A stretch of 58,463 bases of DNA from Octopus bimaculoides (Eukaryota). The stretch is taken from contig NC_068986.1 of NCBI RefSeq assembly GCF_001194135.2, forward strand, positions 2,584,631 through 2,643,093, given 5' to 3'. Positions 26,109 to 39,503 of this stretch are shown here, piece by piece. The notes under the pieces were generated by a model. The model was not told where the DNA came from. It ran no database searches and saw only the letters and a list, made by a program, of their open reading frames with translations. The position numbers were made by a program, and so were the translations under genes. Every line of letters starts with the position of its first letter. The first letter of the stretch is position 1.

Positions 26109-28870
26109 TTAATAAAATTATCATTTGACAGTTTACTTGGAAAAGTATTCCTCAGTTTATGTTGTGTAATAAATGATGCGTTGTGGCTCTTATGCCCTAT
26201 GGCTTATTGTGAATCATATATTCATGAACATTTTATCAAATATTCCTTAAGATGAAGAATTTATTTTTGTGATGCTTTCAAAATTATACTGAGATCTAAT
26301 TTAGGTCAAGACTCTTAACGGGCTGGGCTATAATTAATGAAATAATTATTGTAGTTAATGAATAATAACATTAGAACTGATCAAATTAACAGGATATTGT
26401 GTCAGGAATTTGTTTATTCAGATTTTACACATGTAAGCATGGCTGTGTGGTTAAGGAGCTTGCTTCAAAACCATGTGGTCACAGGTTCAGTCCCACTGAC
26501 TGGCACCTTGGGCAAATGTCTTCTACTATAGCCCTGGACAGACAAAAGCCTTATGAGTGGATTTGGTAGAGAGAAACTAAAAGAAGCCAATTGTGTGTGT
26601 GTGTGTGTCTTGACATCATGTGATGGGTGTAAACAAGCATCATCATCATATAGACAATGTCGTTCAATGTGCTGCTATGGTAAACATTACCTTGCTTAGA
26701 AACAGGTGAGGGATGGCAACAGAAAGAGTATTCATAGAAAATCTGCCTTAACAAATTCCTTCTAACCCATGCAAGCATGGAAAAGTGGACCTTAAATAAT
26801 GATAACATAGTCCTCATTACTTACATCAAACTCAAGCTAACAAGTGAGTCCCTTATGCCAAAAATAACAGTCAAATCTCCCTTAAGTCACACTTTATGCT
26901 CTTTGTGTATACTTTGGACAGTGAAGTCTCTGATATTCCAAAAGATGTCTGGCCATAGCTGGAATGCCACTAATCATAGGTCTGCTGCCATGAAGATTGA
27001 CCTGGAGCAAGACAACAACTTCAAACTAAACTACTAAAAAAACTGCACCACCACCGTTTGCCATAGCCTTGTGTTACTCTGATCACATCTAATATAGGTT
27101 CACCAATCTATATTTTGGGATCAATACATGTTTCCCCAGTGCAACTGCTTCAACAGAGAAGAGGAATACACGGCAGGTAGTGATAATGATGCTGATGCTG
27201 TGACTGATGCTTATGATTATTTTTATGATCAACTACATTATTGTGATGGTCATCTACATTATTTATTATAAAGTAATTCAGTGGTGTATCCTGTTGTATA
27301 GGATGACGTCAGAGTTTCACTCAGCAAAGTCGGTGAACCTAGCTAGCTAGCCAGGTAGCCAGATAGCCAGCTAGCTAACTTTTTGTACTTTAACATTTTT
27401 TCCCTTTCTTTTAGATTATTGGAACAAACCAAATGAAGCAACTCTGGGCAGTTTTTGTTTTTTTGCTCCTCGAGGTATCTCAGGCATTGTGTTTCTAAAA
27501 AATCAATTGTAAGGACCAGAAAGACACATTCTTTGTTAGTTAGGACAATATACTCATTAGGATGATCAAACAAGACTAGCATGTTTAATTGAAATATAAA
27601 GACACAGATGCAGGTGTGTGGTTTAAGAAGCTCAGTCCCACTATGTGGCACCTTAGGCAAGTATCTTCTACTATAGCCCTGACCCAACCAGAGTGTTGTG
27701 AGCGGATGTGGTAGAAAGAAACATAATGTGTGTGCACGTGTGTTTACCCTTGTCTTGATGGTTGTAAATGAGTATCACCATCATATAAGTGCTGCTGTTC
27801 ATTTCCAGTCTTCCATGGAAACAGGTCTGGCAATGGGAGTTAATAGTAACTTGCTTGGAAATCGATGAAGTTAGCAACAGAAAAGGGATCCAACCATAGG
27901 AGATTTGCCTCAACAAATTCCATCTGACTCATGCAAGCACAGGAAAGTAGACATTAAATAATAATGATGAAACAACAAAAATTTGAAATATTTTCATATT
28001 TTTGTTGGTTTCAAAAAACTAGATGTCCGAATGACTAATTGGAATTAGCATTTATTTTTTAAAGTTTTAAACGCTACCCCAAACACAAACCATTCAAATG
28101 AGTGTGAAACTAGAGCCTTTTCCAAATCATGATGAAGGAAGCAAGTAGTAAATAGATGATGTCCACGTGAAAGTTCACACTATTAATAATTGTAGCTAAA
28201 GTTTGGAAGAACTGTAGCTAAAGTTTTCCAACAATCTACAGAGGAAGTGCAAAATCCAATAAACTTTTTATAAACTACAAGACTACAAGGGATGAGAATA
28301 ATTGGGAAAATATAATGTTAAGTTTTTAGATTTCTTTTACCATTCAGCCATTTAGTCAAGGAAAGAAAGGTAGCACTAATGACCATCGATATTTTGCTTT
28401 CAGAGCCCCTAAAACAAGAGAAAGTGAGGAAGTTATCATCAAACCAGAAATCTGACCTACATGCTTGCAAAAGAGTGAACTTTACTAAAGATACCCAAGG
28501 GTCAAATGATGATTGTTAAACCGAACAGTGGATAAAGTCTTCCACCCAAAAACAGTAGCAGTTTCTCCAACAGGATTCTGCACAGTTTCCATCAACTAAA
28601 TTTTACTTAAAAAGCTTTGGCTGATTTGAGGTTTTGATAGAAGACATGTGCTTAAAGTTTTAGAGTAAAATTAAGCTTGAAACCACATAATTCTCTTATC
28701 CATGTTGCCAAGCCTGTGCATGGAACAATTAAAGCAAATGAGGAAATAAATTGTAAATTCAATGCCAATAAAGCTACAAAACAAACAAAATTTCTCATAA
28801 ATAATAGATCTAAAGAAACAACCAGGATTGAGAAATGTGAAAGTGCCGTACTGCACAGTAATAATGATCA

Positions 28871-29830
28871 GTGAAAACTCTCTCTCTCTCCATATCTCTT
28901 GCAGCAACACCTGCAGTAGCAGCAGCAGGAATTCATGGGTTGCGTTGGTTACGTAGACCTTCACCTTATGAAAGACATGTACGAGTGTCAGAGAGAGAAA
29001 ATATAGAGAGGAGAGCAGACTATAGCAAAGGGAAGAAAGAGAGTGAAAGAGAATGAGAGACAGAGAAAGAGAGAGAGTTAAAAATAGATGCCTATGGAAA
29101 AAGCCAGATGTGTGACAATGAGGAAGGAGGGGAGAGGGGGAGAATGGAGAGGAGGTGCAGGAGGAGAGAGGGGGAGAGAGAGAAAGAATAGAGGAATTGA
29201 GAGAAACAGAATTAGACAGATAGAGAAAGAGAGAGAGAGAGAGAAATGAGTTACAAATAGACATGTGATTGTGACTTTGAACTTGAGTAAGTGACTGTAA
29301 GTGAGAGTGAGGTAGAATGAGAAAGAGAGGGAACAAAGAAAGAAAGTTAAAATAGACGTGTATAGAGAGAGGGATGGTCTACAAAAAGACTGACGTGTGT
29401 GACAAATGGAGAGAGAGAGAGAGAGAGAGCAAGGTGAAGAAACAGAGAAAATATAGAATATACAAAGCAGAGGATGGTGTGGATATTTGAGAATGATCCA
29501 GCTGAGAATAAGAGAGGAGGAGATGGAGCAAAATGCAGCAGGACAGGGAGGTGAGGGGAACAAGTGGAGGTTGTCTAAAGTGGCTAAACTGAAGGACGGA
29601 TGATAGACAGATGGTGTGAGATGAGGCACTTGTATGAGACAATGAGCCTGCAGCGAAAAAGGAGACAGAGTGAAGGAAGCTGGAGAGAGAGAGAAACAAC
29701 CAGATGGGTAGATCAGTAGATGGACACACAACAGAGAAAAAGACATAGATAGTGTGTGAAGCGACATTTACATGTGACAATGATTTTGGGACATTGAAAG
29801 TGACATTAGAACCAAAGAGGAACAACACCT
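28871..29830 (+). repeat. Long purine-rich (AG) low-complexity tract
   Basis: GA/GAG-rich cryptic simplicity that produces spurious L/S/F-rich ORFs on the minus strand. Confidence 0.85.
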
Positions 29831-29851
29831 TTGTAGCAAAAGACTCTATAT

Positions 29852-30047
29852 ATATGGGGGTTGGACAAAATAAAGGAAACACCTTAAAATTTCAAACAAA
29901 TTTATTTTAATATGGAGTAGGACTGCCTTTGGCAGTAATTACAGCTTGAATTCTATGAGGTATGGACTCGTACAAAGTTTTAATTGTTTCCAAAGGAATT
30001 TTTGTCCATTCTTCAGCTAAAACAGTCTCCAGTTCTTGTAGTGATGA
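29852..30047 (-). mobile_element. Tc1/mariner right end (transposase C-terminus + TIR)
   Basis: SSLQELETVLAEEWTKIPLETIKTLYESIPHRIQAVITAKGSPTPY* matches Tc1 C-termini. TIR-like ggggttggacaaaataaaggaaacacc lies next to TA. Confidence 0.9.
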
Positions 30048-30203
30048 ATAAATATATATATATATAAAAATATATATATAAATAAATATATATATAAATA
30101 AATNNNNNNNNNNNNNNNNNNNNNNNNNNNNNNNNNNNNNNNNNNNNNNNNNNNNNNNNNNNNNNNNNNNNNNNNNNNNNNNNNNNNNNNNNNNNNNNNN
30201 NNN

Positions 30204-30250
30204 CTGGGTCTCATTCAGCAAGTCATTTTCTTCTAGGAACGCAATCAATC
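30204..30250 (-). mobile_element. Short LINE reverse-transcriptase fragment at gap edge (CR1/Jockey-like)
   Basis: LIAFLEENDLLNETQ resembles the LxxFLExNxLLxxxQ(HGF) motif preceding RT domain 1-2. Confidence 0.55.
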
Positions 30251-30451
30251 AATATATATTTATAAATAGATAAATAAATATAAATTTATCAATGAATAAA
30301 TATAAATTTATAAATGAATAAATACATATTTATAAATAAATAAATAAATATAAATTTATAAATAAATAAATACATATTTATAAATAAATAAATAAATAAA
30401 TAAANNNNNNNNNNTACATATTTATAAATAAATAAATAAATAAATAAATAA

Positions 30452-30483
<32 letters not shown>

Positions 30484-32532
30484 TAACAGAATGAGATAAA
30501 AATTCAAGGCTGGAAAGATTTCAGAACATTTATAAATAGAAGGACTTACAGCTGTTTCTGGGATATTTTGTATATCCCTTCATCGGAGATGGTGTGAAAA
30601 AATTCTCTTCTATATATATAAGATTATATATATATATATATATAGGCGCAGGTGTGTCTGTACGGTAAGAAGTTTCCTTCCCAACTATATTGTTCCTGGT
30701 TCAATCTCACTGCTTAAAAATATCCCCTCTGTCATCTATACTCACACAGATTCGAGTGGGCTAAAGCTGAAATGCTATTGTTAAACTATTTAACTGGAGA
30801 TTACAACAGTTCACTGTTGGTCAGTATTCTATGGGATGATGACCACCACATCACATGCTGTAATGACATATACATATAAAAGGTTTTAAAATATATATAT
30901 TAGCAACAGAGGCAGTAATTATACCGAGAGTTAATATTTATATTGCTTGGTATTAATACTGCCTCTGTCATGAATATAAATTTTTTAACGAGCTCACTGG
31001 CTAATCGCAACACCAGCAACTGTTCTGGCACTGTTTTTCTATATATCTCTGGTAGGGTATGGAACCACTACTATCTTTAGCAGTCGATTGTCCATCATTG
31101 ACAAGAACAAGGAAGCTCAAAATCACATGATCCCGGCACTGGAGGTTGGAGGGATTTATCTCCCAACCAGCAATATAAACAAAAGGTGCATTTTGCTCCA
31201 AAAGTCAATATGTTATCTATCACATTGTAGTTTATTCTAACAGAACATCCACATTTAAGTGGGGATAAAAGGTTTTAAATAATGAAGGGTTACACAATGT
31301 CAGCCTCATTGTCTTGTCCAAGTGTAATTTAATCCAGTAGAAAGACAAGGTTAAGACCATTTAATATAGGTCTGGAAGCAGTGGTTGACCAGTTCTATTA
31401 GTGCCTTGTCAAGCATTTGCAATTCTATAACACTACAGAACTGAAGAATCTACAAGCCTACACTATTTATTACTTTCTTTGAAGTACATACAAGAAAGAA
31501 CTACAGTACATACCATTAGAATTTACTGGAATGACAAGCTAAAGATAGAAGCCAAATTTACCTCAAATCTCACCCACCTGTCTTGACCATAAAAAGGGAG
31601 CAAAGAATACCCTGGACAATATATAGTCCAAGATACATAGAAATATGGTATGATGAAGATAATTCTAACCTTTTGATCATAGGCCGACTTAATTAGAGTT
31701 GACTTGTTGTTAAACAACAACATAAAAGAAAAGAACTGGGTAAATACACCTGGAATGTGCTAATAGCATGTTACTATTAACAACATTGCATTTGCTTAAA
31801 AAAACAGCTTCTGATCTGATCAATGCTTGCAATAATTTATCATATTTTTGCAGTGGTCATGCACAGAAACATGCTTGTGTGCAGATGTTATGTTTCTTTA
31901 CAAGGTATGTGTGCATTCATGCAAGAAGCCATCAGTTACATTGCTTCCAATTAAAAATATTTGATTTTATCTTGAAAACCTTGTGTGTGCATGTTTTATT
32001 TGTTGTCCTAGCTGTGAAACATGTGTGTACAAGTCTACACATATTTTTGTGTTTTTCCTAGTTCTAGAATATGTTGTATACACAAGTGCAGTGCTTAATG
32101 GGAACACTACTTTCAATTTCTCACTGGGCCCTTATTAAATGATCACCACATAGTCTGTTTTAAGATTTAGACTCAGATAAACAAGAGGTAGGTTCAGCTT
32201 GATATCTCAGTTAAAACTTTATTTTGTTTGTTAAGTTACCATCTATCAACAAGATATAACAACATATTCACTTGAAATAATTATGCAGCATGATCTTTAA
32301 TCACACATGTAATCTTTTTAGAATAGACAGATATGGCTGCATGGTTAAGAAGTTTGTTTCCCAACCACATGGTCTCCAGTTAAGGTTCAGTCCCACTGTA
32401 TGGTGCCTTGGACATGTGTCTTCTACTATAGATCTGGGCTAACCAAAGCCTTCAGAGTGGATTAGGTAACTGGAAACTGAAAGAAACCCATCATGTATGT
32501 GTGTGTGTGTGTGTGTGTGTGTGAGTGAGTGA

Positions 32533-32574
<42 letters not shown>

Positions 32575-32652
32575 ATGATGTGTGGAAAAAAAAGGATGGT
32601 AGCATGACAAACAGGACAAAACAAGATACATGGATCATTTGCAGCCAATTAC

Positions 32653-32721
32653 CTCTTCAGTCAGAATCCAGAATGTCTTAGTAGTTTTGCCCAATTTATC
32701 TCCAATACTACTTGAAACCAG
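32653..32721 (-). CDS. Candidate downstream exon of the mitochondrial gene (LVSSSIGDKLGKTTKTFWILTEE)
   Basis: cccag| acceptor and gag|gtaatt donor, 69 nt, phase 0-0, compatible with exon 39862-39995. No homology recognised. Confidence 0.25.
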
Positions 32722-33358
32722 CTGGGCCAAGGACTTAAGCTAATGGGTTAATGTAAAAATTCAGATTGAATCATCATGATACAAAGTGTGTGACATAGCT
32801 GAACCTTTGAATTCCAGCTAGAGACCATCTAACAGGCATCCACACAATTTCCATTGAACAGATTTCACTAAAAAGACTGAGGTGAATCTGAGACTATAAT
32901 AAAAGACACAAGGCCAATAATGCCAAGCTGTGCGGATCAAACCTGGAACCCTATGTTTGTGAAACAGACAGCTTAACCATTCAGGCACACCAGTTTGGTA
33001 TGTAATGACCACAAACAGGTAGCACAAGCAATAATGTCTGGCCAGTTACTAAGTCTAAACTGACGTATTAAACCACTAAATCCGCTCTGTTATTGACCAC
33101 ACAATAGTAAAATGACCACAACTGACTGTACACTGATAGAGATCAATAAATTCTATTGTTATTGATGTTATAATAAAACATTGATCATTAATGTTTACAT
33201 AGATATTGACCATACACTGACATAATGGCCATCTCTCTACCTTATCGCTATCTCTTTCTTCCTTGTTTTAAACACTCTCTTTTAATTATATCTCTTCAAA
33301 CTTGCCTTTCTCTCCAACTTTTCTGTATCTTCCCAAATCCCCTACCTTATCTTTCATT

Positions 33359-33398
<40 letters not shown>

Positions 33399-33549
33399 TG
33401 TGTATATAACGTATGTTTTTAATATATGTATGTATTCTTTATCCTTCCCCAACCACCCTTCCCACTGATTATTTTCTTTACCATCCTCTTTTAACTTTTC
33501 TCATTCCAAATCTGCTCAGTTTCTGTTTACAATCTTTCTCCCTAACCCC

Positions 33550-33551
<2 letters not shown>

Positions 33552-33624
<73 letters not shown>
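33552..33624. repeat. (CT)n microsatellite
   Basis: Direct reading. Confidence 0.95.
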
Positions 33625-33627
<3 letters not shown>

Positions 33628-33777
33628 CCACATTTTCTCTCTTTCAACAAATTATCTCGATTTTTTTTCCTCTCTCTCTTTATAAACTCTGTTTCTTCGC
33701 AATTCAGCTTATCTTCCCAAACCTTCCCTCTACCCATCTAAGACCTCCTTTCCCTCTCTCAACCCTCTGCACACATC

Positions 33778-33813
<36 letters not shown>

Positions 33814-36397
33814 CAACAAACAACTGTTTATTTCTAACTAGAACTTCACAGACAGTAATAATTATCCATCTTAAATACTTGGAAGTGGTCAAAAGACAGG
33901 TCTCTGAAACGAAAACATGCAGAAAAATTAAAATAAAGAAACCAAAGCCACTGCTGCCATCATGACACTGACCACCACCATCATTATCATTATCATCATC
34001 ATCATCAATGCTTTTAAGTCTGATTTTCCATTCTGGTAACAGTAGAACTGGTTTGATATACAGCATATTGCAAATTATATCAGGCTTTCAATATCTACTG
34101 AGATCAAACCCCTCATGCTCTTCTACAAGTATTCTCCACTGGTAGAGCAAACAACCCTTTTATTCCCATCGCCCATTGTCTATTCGTATCACATATCCAC
34201 ACCTGTGCAGACAACTCTCCTCCACAGCTTGCTTGATGGCTTCAAAGCCCAACTATTCTACTGATTTCAGTTTTTGTTGGATTAATCAATCTACATTTAG
34301 GATTTCTATTAAAATTGGCTTTATGGTCTTTTAGGGGAGATATTCTATCCTATCGCTAATCTTAAGACTGTTAGCTATTCTTCTTTCAGTTTCCGTCTAC
34401 CAAATCCACTCACAAGGCTTTGGTTGGCTCAAGGCTATAGTAGAAGACACTTGCCCAAGGCGCCAAGCATGTGGTTGGGAAGCAAGCTTCTTATCACACA
34501 TATTTAAATATATGTGAATACATTTATATGTATGTGCATGTATATGTGTGTGTGTGTGTGTATGTGTGTGTGTGTGTATACATTCATACATACATATTTA
34601 TATACACCAATGCTTGTATATACATATACATATTTAAGTGTGTGAATATGTATTTGTGCATGCATGTTTGTCTACATTTCATATACTAAATATGCCTGCA
34701 ATCAGTGTCTGTAACTGTCAATTACTCCCACTCCATTTGTTGTTTTAGCTTTCTTCCAACACCCCCACCCCCACCCCCCAGGACAAAAAGGTGTCCATAA
34801 ATTATCTTTCCAACTTCCACACTTCAGAACTTCAATTTGTAAAGGTAATTTATACCCCATCCCCAAACCCGTTTTCAGAAAAACAAATTCCATAGTGAGC
34901 ATGACAGAGGTCAGATTAGTTGAAAACACACCAAAAAACCTAACTTATTGACCAATTCTATTTAGTGAACATAGTGGTCAATGTACAAACAATGATGTTA
35001 TTGAGAGGAAGGCCTCGAAATGGCATGCTGCACTCTCTCCTGATGGCCCCAAAAACTTGCTAGCATCTGGTATGCATGACTTTCAACTTGTAGCACTTGC
35101 ATCTACAAGCTGTTTGCAAAAAAATCTAAAAATCTAGATATATTTATGTTTGCATAATGACCTGTTTATAGTGATCAAATGTTTGTGTTACACATAAACT
35201 CACTCTCTCCATCAAATAAACATTGCCTGTGTGCATGCACAAGTGTGTCAAAGCAACATGAAACGAAGTGCTTTGCTCAAGAACACATTTCCTGGTTTGA
35301 GAATCATAACCACTATCTCACAATCATGAGTGAAACACCCGAGCCAATGTGTGTGCGCGCGCGCATGAATGTGTATGTGTGTATATATATATCATCATCA
35401 TCGTCGTCGTCGTTTAACATCCGCTTTCCATGCTAGCATGGGTTGGACGATTTGACTGAAATTTAGGAAGGCGACTAGTCGATTACATCGACACCCCAGT
35501 GTTTCACTGGTACTTAATTTATCGACACCGAAAGGATGAAAGTCAAAGTTGACCGAGGCGAACAACAACAACAACAATAATAATAATAATAATAAAAAAA
35601 AACCTTAAGGGGAGTAACTCTGAAATTTCAAAAGGAGATAACTCTTACAATTATGCCCAGACATCTTTCAACCAGATTGAAAAGATCATGGATTACAATC
35701 GCTCAAAATGGTAGCAGTCCTTTTGTTGCATTAGGACATAGTTGATTAACTGATACAGTTATTTTATATACACTGGTTCATTATTGATTAATTTTGGAGC
35801 AGAAAATATTGTCAACTTGGACAGTGTGCTATTCAAGATTATAACGACAACCTTTACTTAAAGAGACATCTAAATATTAGTAGTTCCAATTAAACTTTGG
35901 TTACCATATTCTTATTGAAATACACTGCCAATGGTTCAATCATTATGCATTTGAATTTGGTGGTAAATACTTCGGAGTTTAAATTTTGAAAAAGAATTTA
36001 ATTCCAGTTGTTTTTTTTGTTTTTATTGCTTTTTTTCACTTTGTCCTGTACTGTAAATACATTTATTTCAGTATCGGAGCTTTCATCATTAATTTGTTCA
36101 ATAAATTCTACACTTTTCGACAATAAACTGATAAAAGGAAAATTCTTTTTGTTTCTGCAATTTACGTTTTCATTTTTTTCAAATGTAGGACATTTCCCTT
36201 TTAACAATGCATATTCATAACCACAGCTTGTACATTTAGAAGACTTCATTTTGGCCAGATGGTAAGTATCGACAACTCTTACATCTACTTCATGGAAAAT
36301 ATTGATTCTTTTAAAACTCAATATCATTTCTTTTTATTACTGTTGTTATACATATATCAAATGACATATTTCCCGACTGCAGCTGTTCCAACATTCT

Positions 36398-37489
36398 TCA
36401 TCATCATCATCATCATCATCGTTTAACGTCCGCTTTCCATGCTAGCATGGGTTGGACGATTTGACTGAGGACTGGTGAAACCGGATGGCAACACCAGGCT
36501 CCAGTCTGATTTGGCAGAGTTTCTACAGCTGGATGCCCTTCCTAACGCCAACCACTCAGAGAGTGTAGTGGGTGCTTTTACGTGTCACCTGCACGAAAAC
36601 GGCCACGCTCGAAATGGTGTCTTTTATGTGCCNNNNNNNNNNNNNNNNNNNNNNNNNNNNNNNNNNNNNNNNNNNNNNNNNNNNNNNNNNNNNNNNNNNN
36701 NNNNNNNNNNNNNNNNNNNNNNNNNNNNNNNNNNNNNNNNNNNNNNNNNNNNNNNNNNNNNNNNNNNNNNNNNNNNNNNNNNNNNNNNNNNNNNNNNNNN
36801 NNNNNNNNNNNNNNNNNNNNNNNNNNNNNNNNNNNNNNNNNNNNNNNNNNNNNNNNNNNNNNNNNNNNNNNNNNNNNNNNNNNNNNNNNNNNNNNNNNNN
36901 NNNNNNNNNNNNNNNNNNNNNNNNNNNNNNNNNNNNNNNNNNNNNNNNNNNNNNNNNNNNNNNNNNNNNNNNNNNNNNNNNNNNNNNNNNNNNNNNNNNN
37001 NNNNNNNNNNNNNNNNNNNNNNNNNNNNNNNNNNNNNNNNNNNNNNNNNNNNNNNNNNNNNNNNNNNNNNNNNNNNNNNNNNNNNNNNNNNNNNNNNNNN
37101 NNNNNNNNNNNNNNNNNNNNNNNNNNNNNNNNNNNNNNNNNNNNNNNNNNNNNTGTCGCCAGCAGGGGTAAGAGCTCTCTAAACTTTGCCCAGGCTATTC
37201 TTATTCTAGCAGCTACACTTTCAGCGCACCCACCCCCACTACTAACTTGGTCGCCCAGATAGCGGAAGCTATCGACTACCTCTAGTTTTTCACCCTGGAA
37301 TGAGATAGAAGTTGTTTCCTGTTTGTTTGCAGTCTTTATTGCACCTGAACATCTGCCACAAACAAAAACTAACTTGCTAGTTAACCTGCCTTTGATGTTG
37401 CTGCACCTCTTATGTGTCCATAGCTTGCACCGGGTACATCTTATAGAGTTACTACCTACTCCTTTTCTACATACTGAGCAGGGCCATCT
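36398..37489 (-). mobile_element. 5'-truncated young RTE LINE, centre gapped (36633-37153)
   Basis: Frame ...WPCSVCRKGVGSNSIRCTRCKLW...VDSFRYLGDQVSSGGGCAESVAARIRIAWAKFRELLPLLAT. (GAT)n tail. One mismatch in ~250 visible bp versus the 42608 copy. Confidence 0.92.
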
Positions 37490-37649
37490 TCATTCATGGG
37501 ATATATGTTACACACCTTTAACAAGATTTATTGGCATTCCTCTTCAATACTTTGATAACCCTGGCCAATTGTATCTAACTTACAATATCTCCACCCATTA
37601 CAAAACCTCATAAATTGACAATGAAGTCAAAAATATTTCTGACAAAGGT

Positions 37650-37787
37650 TCATATATAAACTTGATTCCTTCTGCAACAACCAACTTCTTTTTTAAGTCC
37701 CTTAGGACTCGTTGCCATCTCTTGTATTTTGCTGAAACAGATGCCTTCCAGTTGTTTTGGATGAGGCCTTTTGTATGGCTTCAAAAC
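37650..37787 (-). CDS. Alternative candidate terminal exon of the mitochondrial gene (VLKPYKRPHP...NQVYI*)
   Basis: tttatttattaagacag| acceptor, phase 0, stop at 37650-37652, AATAAA on minus at 37533-37528. Confidence 0.3.
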   Translation of the reverse strand, partial: VLKPYKRPHPKQLEGICFSKIQEMATSPKGLKKEVGCCRRNQVYI

Positions 37788-38602
37788 CTGTCTTAATAAA
37801 TAAAAACATATAATCTCCTTCAGACCTGTGTCCAGCTTTATCTTTCAATGTTTTTCATTCTTGTAGTGATTCTTTATATTCAAAAGTCTCAATGAATTGT
37901 AGATCAAAGCTATTATAAAACTAATAGCCACCTTAAACATGTCTAATCACATACAAACATACAAAAAGCTTGTACTAATAGTTACATTAATGACATATTT
38001 ACACCATACAATATTCATTGTATTTCGCACCTTGCTGTAACTCTAACATCTTCACATTAAATAAATATATTGAAAAATGCAATGTTATTTATTGAGGAAA
38101 TGTAAATGTTAAAGATATGGCTGTGTGGTAATAAGTTTGCTTCCCAACCACATAATTCCAGGTTCGATACCACTGTGTGGCACCTTGGGCAAGTATCTTC
38201 TACTAGCCTCATGTCAACCAAAGCCTTGTGATTGGATTTGGTAGATAGAAACTGAAGAAAGCCTATTGTGAATGTGTGTGTGAATGGGGGGTACACACAC
38301 ACACAATAGGCTTCTTTCGGTTTCTGTTTACCACACACATATATACAGATGCATATGTGTATTACTATCTTTTTACCATGACATTACATGACAGTTGTAG
38401 ATGAGTGTCACTGTCATACAAGCAGCAGCTTCTGTTTCCAATATTCTGTGAAAACATGGCTGGTCGTAGGGAAATATTACCTTGCTTGGAAACAGGTGAG
38501 GGTTGGGAACAGGAAGAGCATCCAGCCATAGAAAATCCACCTCTGCAAATCCTGTCCAATCCATGCAAGTGTGGAAAAGTGAACGTTATGATGATAATGA
38601 TA

Positions 38603-38637
<35 letters not shown>

Positions 38638-38779
38638 AGTAAGGATTAAAATTGTGAACTGATCTTTGGAGAACTTTAAAAAAAATCATAACATAATAAT
38701 AATAATAATAGAATGTAATCAACATAAATGTATTTTTATACAAAATCGCAATTTTTGTTTTACTAGGCTGCACTAAAGG

Positions 38780-39240
38780 ACATGAGATGTCACATGTGGC
38801 ATTAAGGCATGTTCCCCATGTTACTAGATAAAAAGGTGAGGATTTTATATAAAGCAGGTATTCTGAGCCAGTAATGAGCTTAAGTAACAGAAATCAAGAA
38901 AAATGATAAAAGTTCAATTGTGAATAGAGGCAGTGGAAATGAGGATCACTGGGTAATCAACAGGATGCATAGTCTGGGAATCAGGGAGTCTCTCTACTTT
39001 TCAGCATTGAGAGGTCACAACTCCAGTACTAAGGACATGTGGTTAGAATGCTGCAGAAAATGGTTACAAGACAGATTCAAGTCAAGTCAAATAGGGGTAG
39101 ATAATGGGTGAAATGGTTGGATAATATCCAGTTTCAGTTGGTCATGTTTGGGAATCCAGCAGCGAAGTTTAATGGCTGTTGCTTCTGATAGGACCGTATG
39201 GAAAGGGTGCCTGATGACTTGAGCCCCATGACCCTCTCAG
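38780..39240 (+). mobile_element. Old RTE LINE 3' fragment
   Basis: Degenerate frame ending ...VASDRTVWKG, similar to the RTE C-terminal DRxxW motif. Confidence 0.5.
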
Positions 39241-39287
39241 GAATAGAGGCAGCAAAAATGGATGGATGGGTAAACATAATAATAACT

Positions 39288-39503
39288 TAAACAATATTGA
39301 ACACACATATACAAGGTATGTGATTTGTCAATACATGGGCAGGCTGTGATTTATAGGCACAAGAGAAAATTTTCTCGTCAATACACCTAGAAGTCATACA
39401 CCAGGAGTATTGATGAGAAAACTTTCTCTTGTGCCTATAAATCGCAATCTGCCCATGAACTGGCAAAACACAAACCTTGTGTATGTACATTCAATATTGT
39501 TTA
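39288..39503. mobile_element. Palindromic MITE-like element (~95-bp inverted arms, 22-nt spacer, TA ends)
   Basis: Arms align end to end with ~14 mismatches and no indels. TA at both termini suggests a Tc1/mariner-type TSD. Confidence 0.8.

Noticed and set aside
29078-29882. 229-aa and 167-aa L/S/F-rich ORFs
   Set aside because: Reverse complement of a GA-rich low-complexity tract.
30990-31201. 66-aa minus ORF ending CWCCD
   Set aside because: Non-ATG start, no supported splice sites, and it competes with an equally open plus frame.
33879-33903. 25-nt minus-strand micro-exon (xDLSFDHFQ) with a strong acceptor
   Set aside because: It would need an intervening exon ending in phase 2, which I could not find. 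Left unassigned.
35998-36327. 109-aa minus ORF with KCTSCG zinc-ribbon-like motif
   Set aside because: The A-rich strand opposite a T-tract avoids stops by composition. No convincing splice sites or second CxxC.
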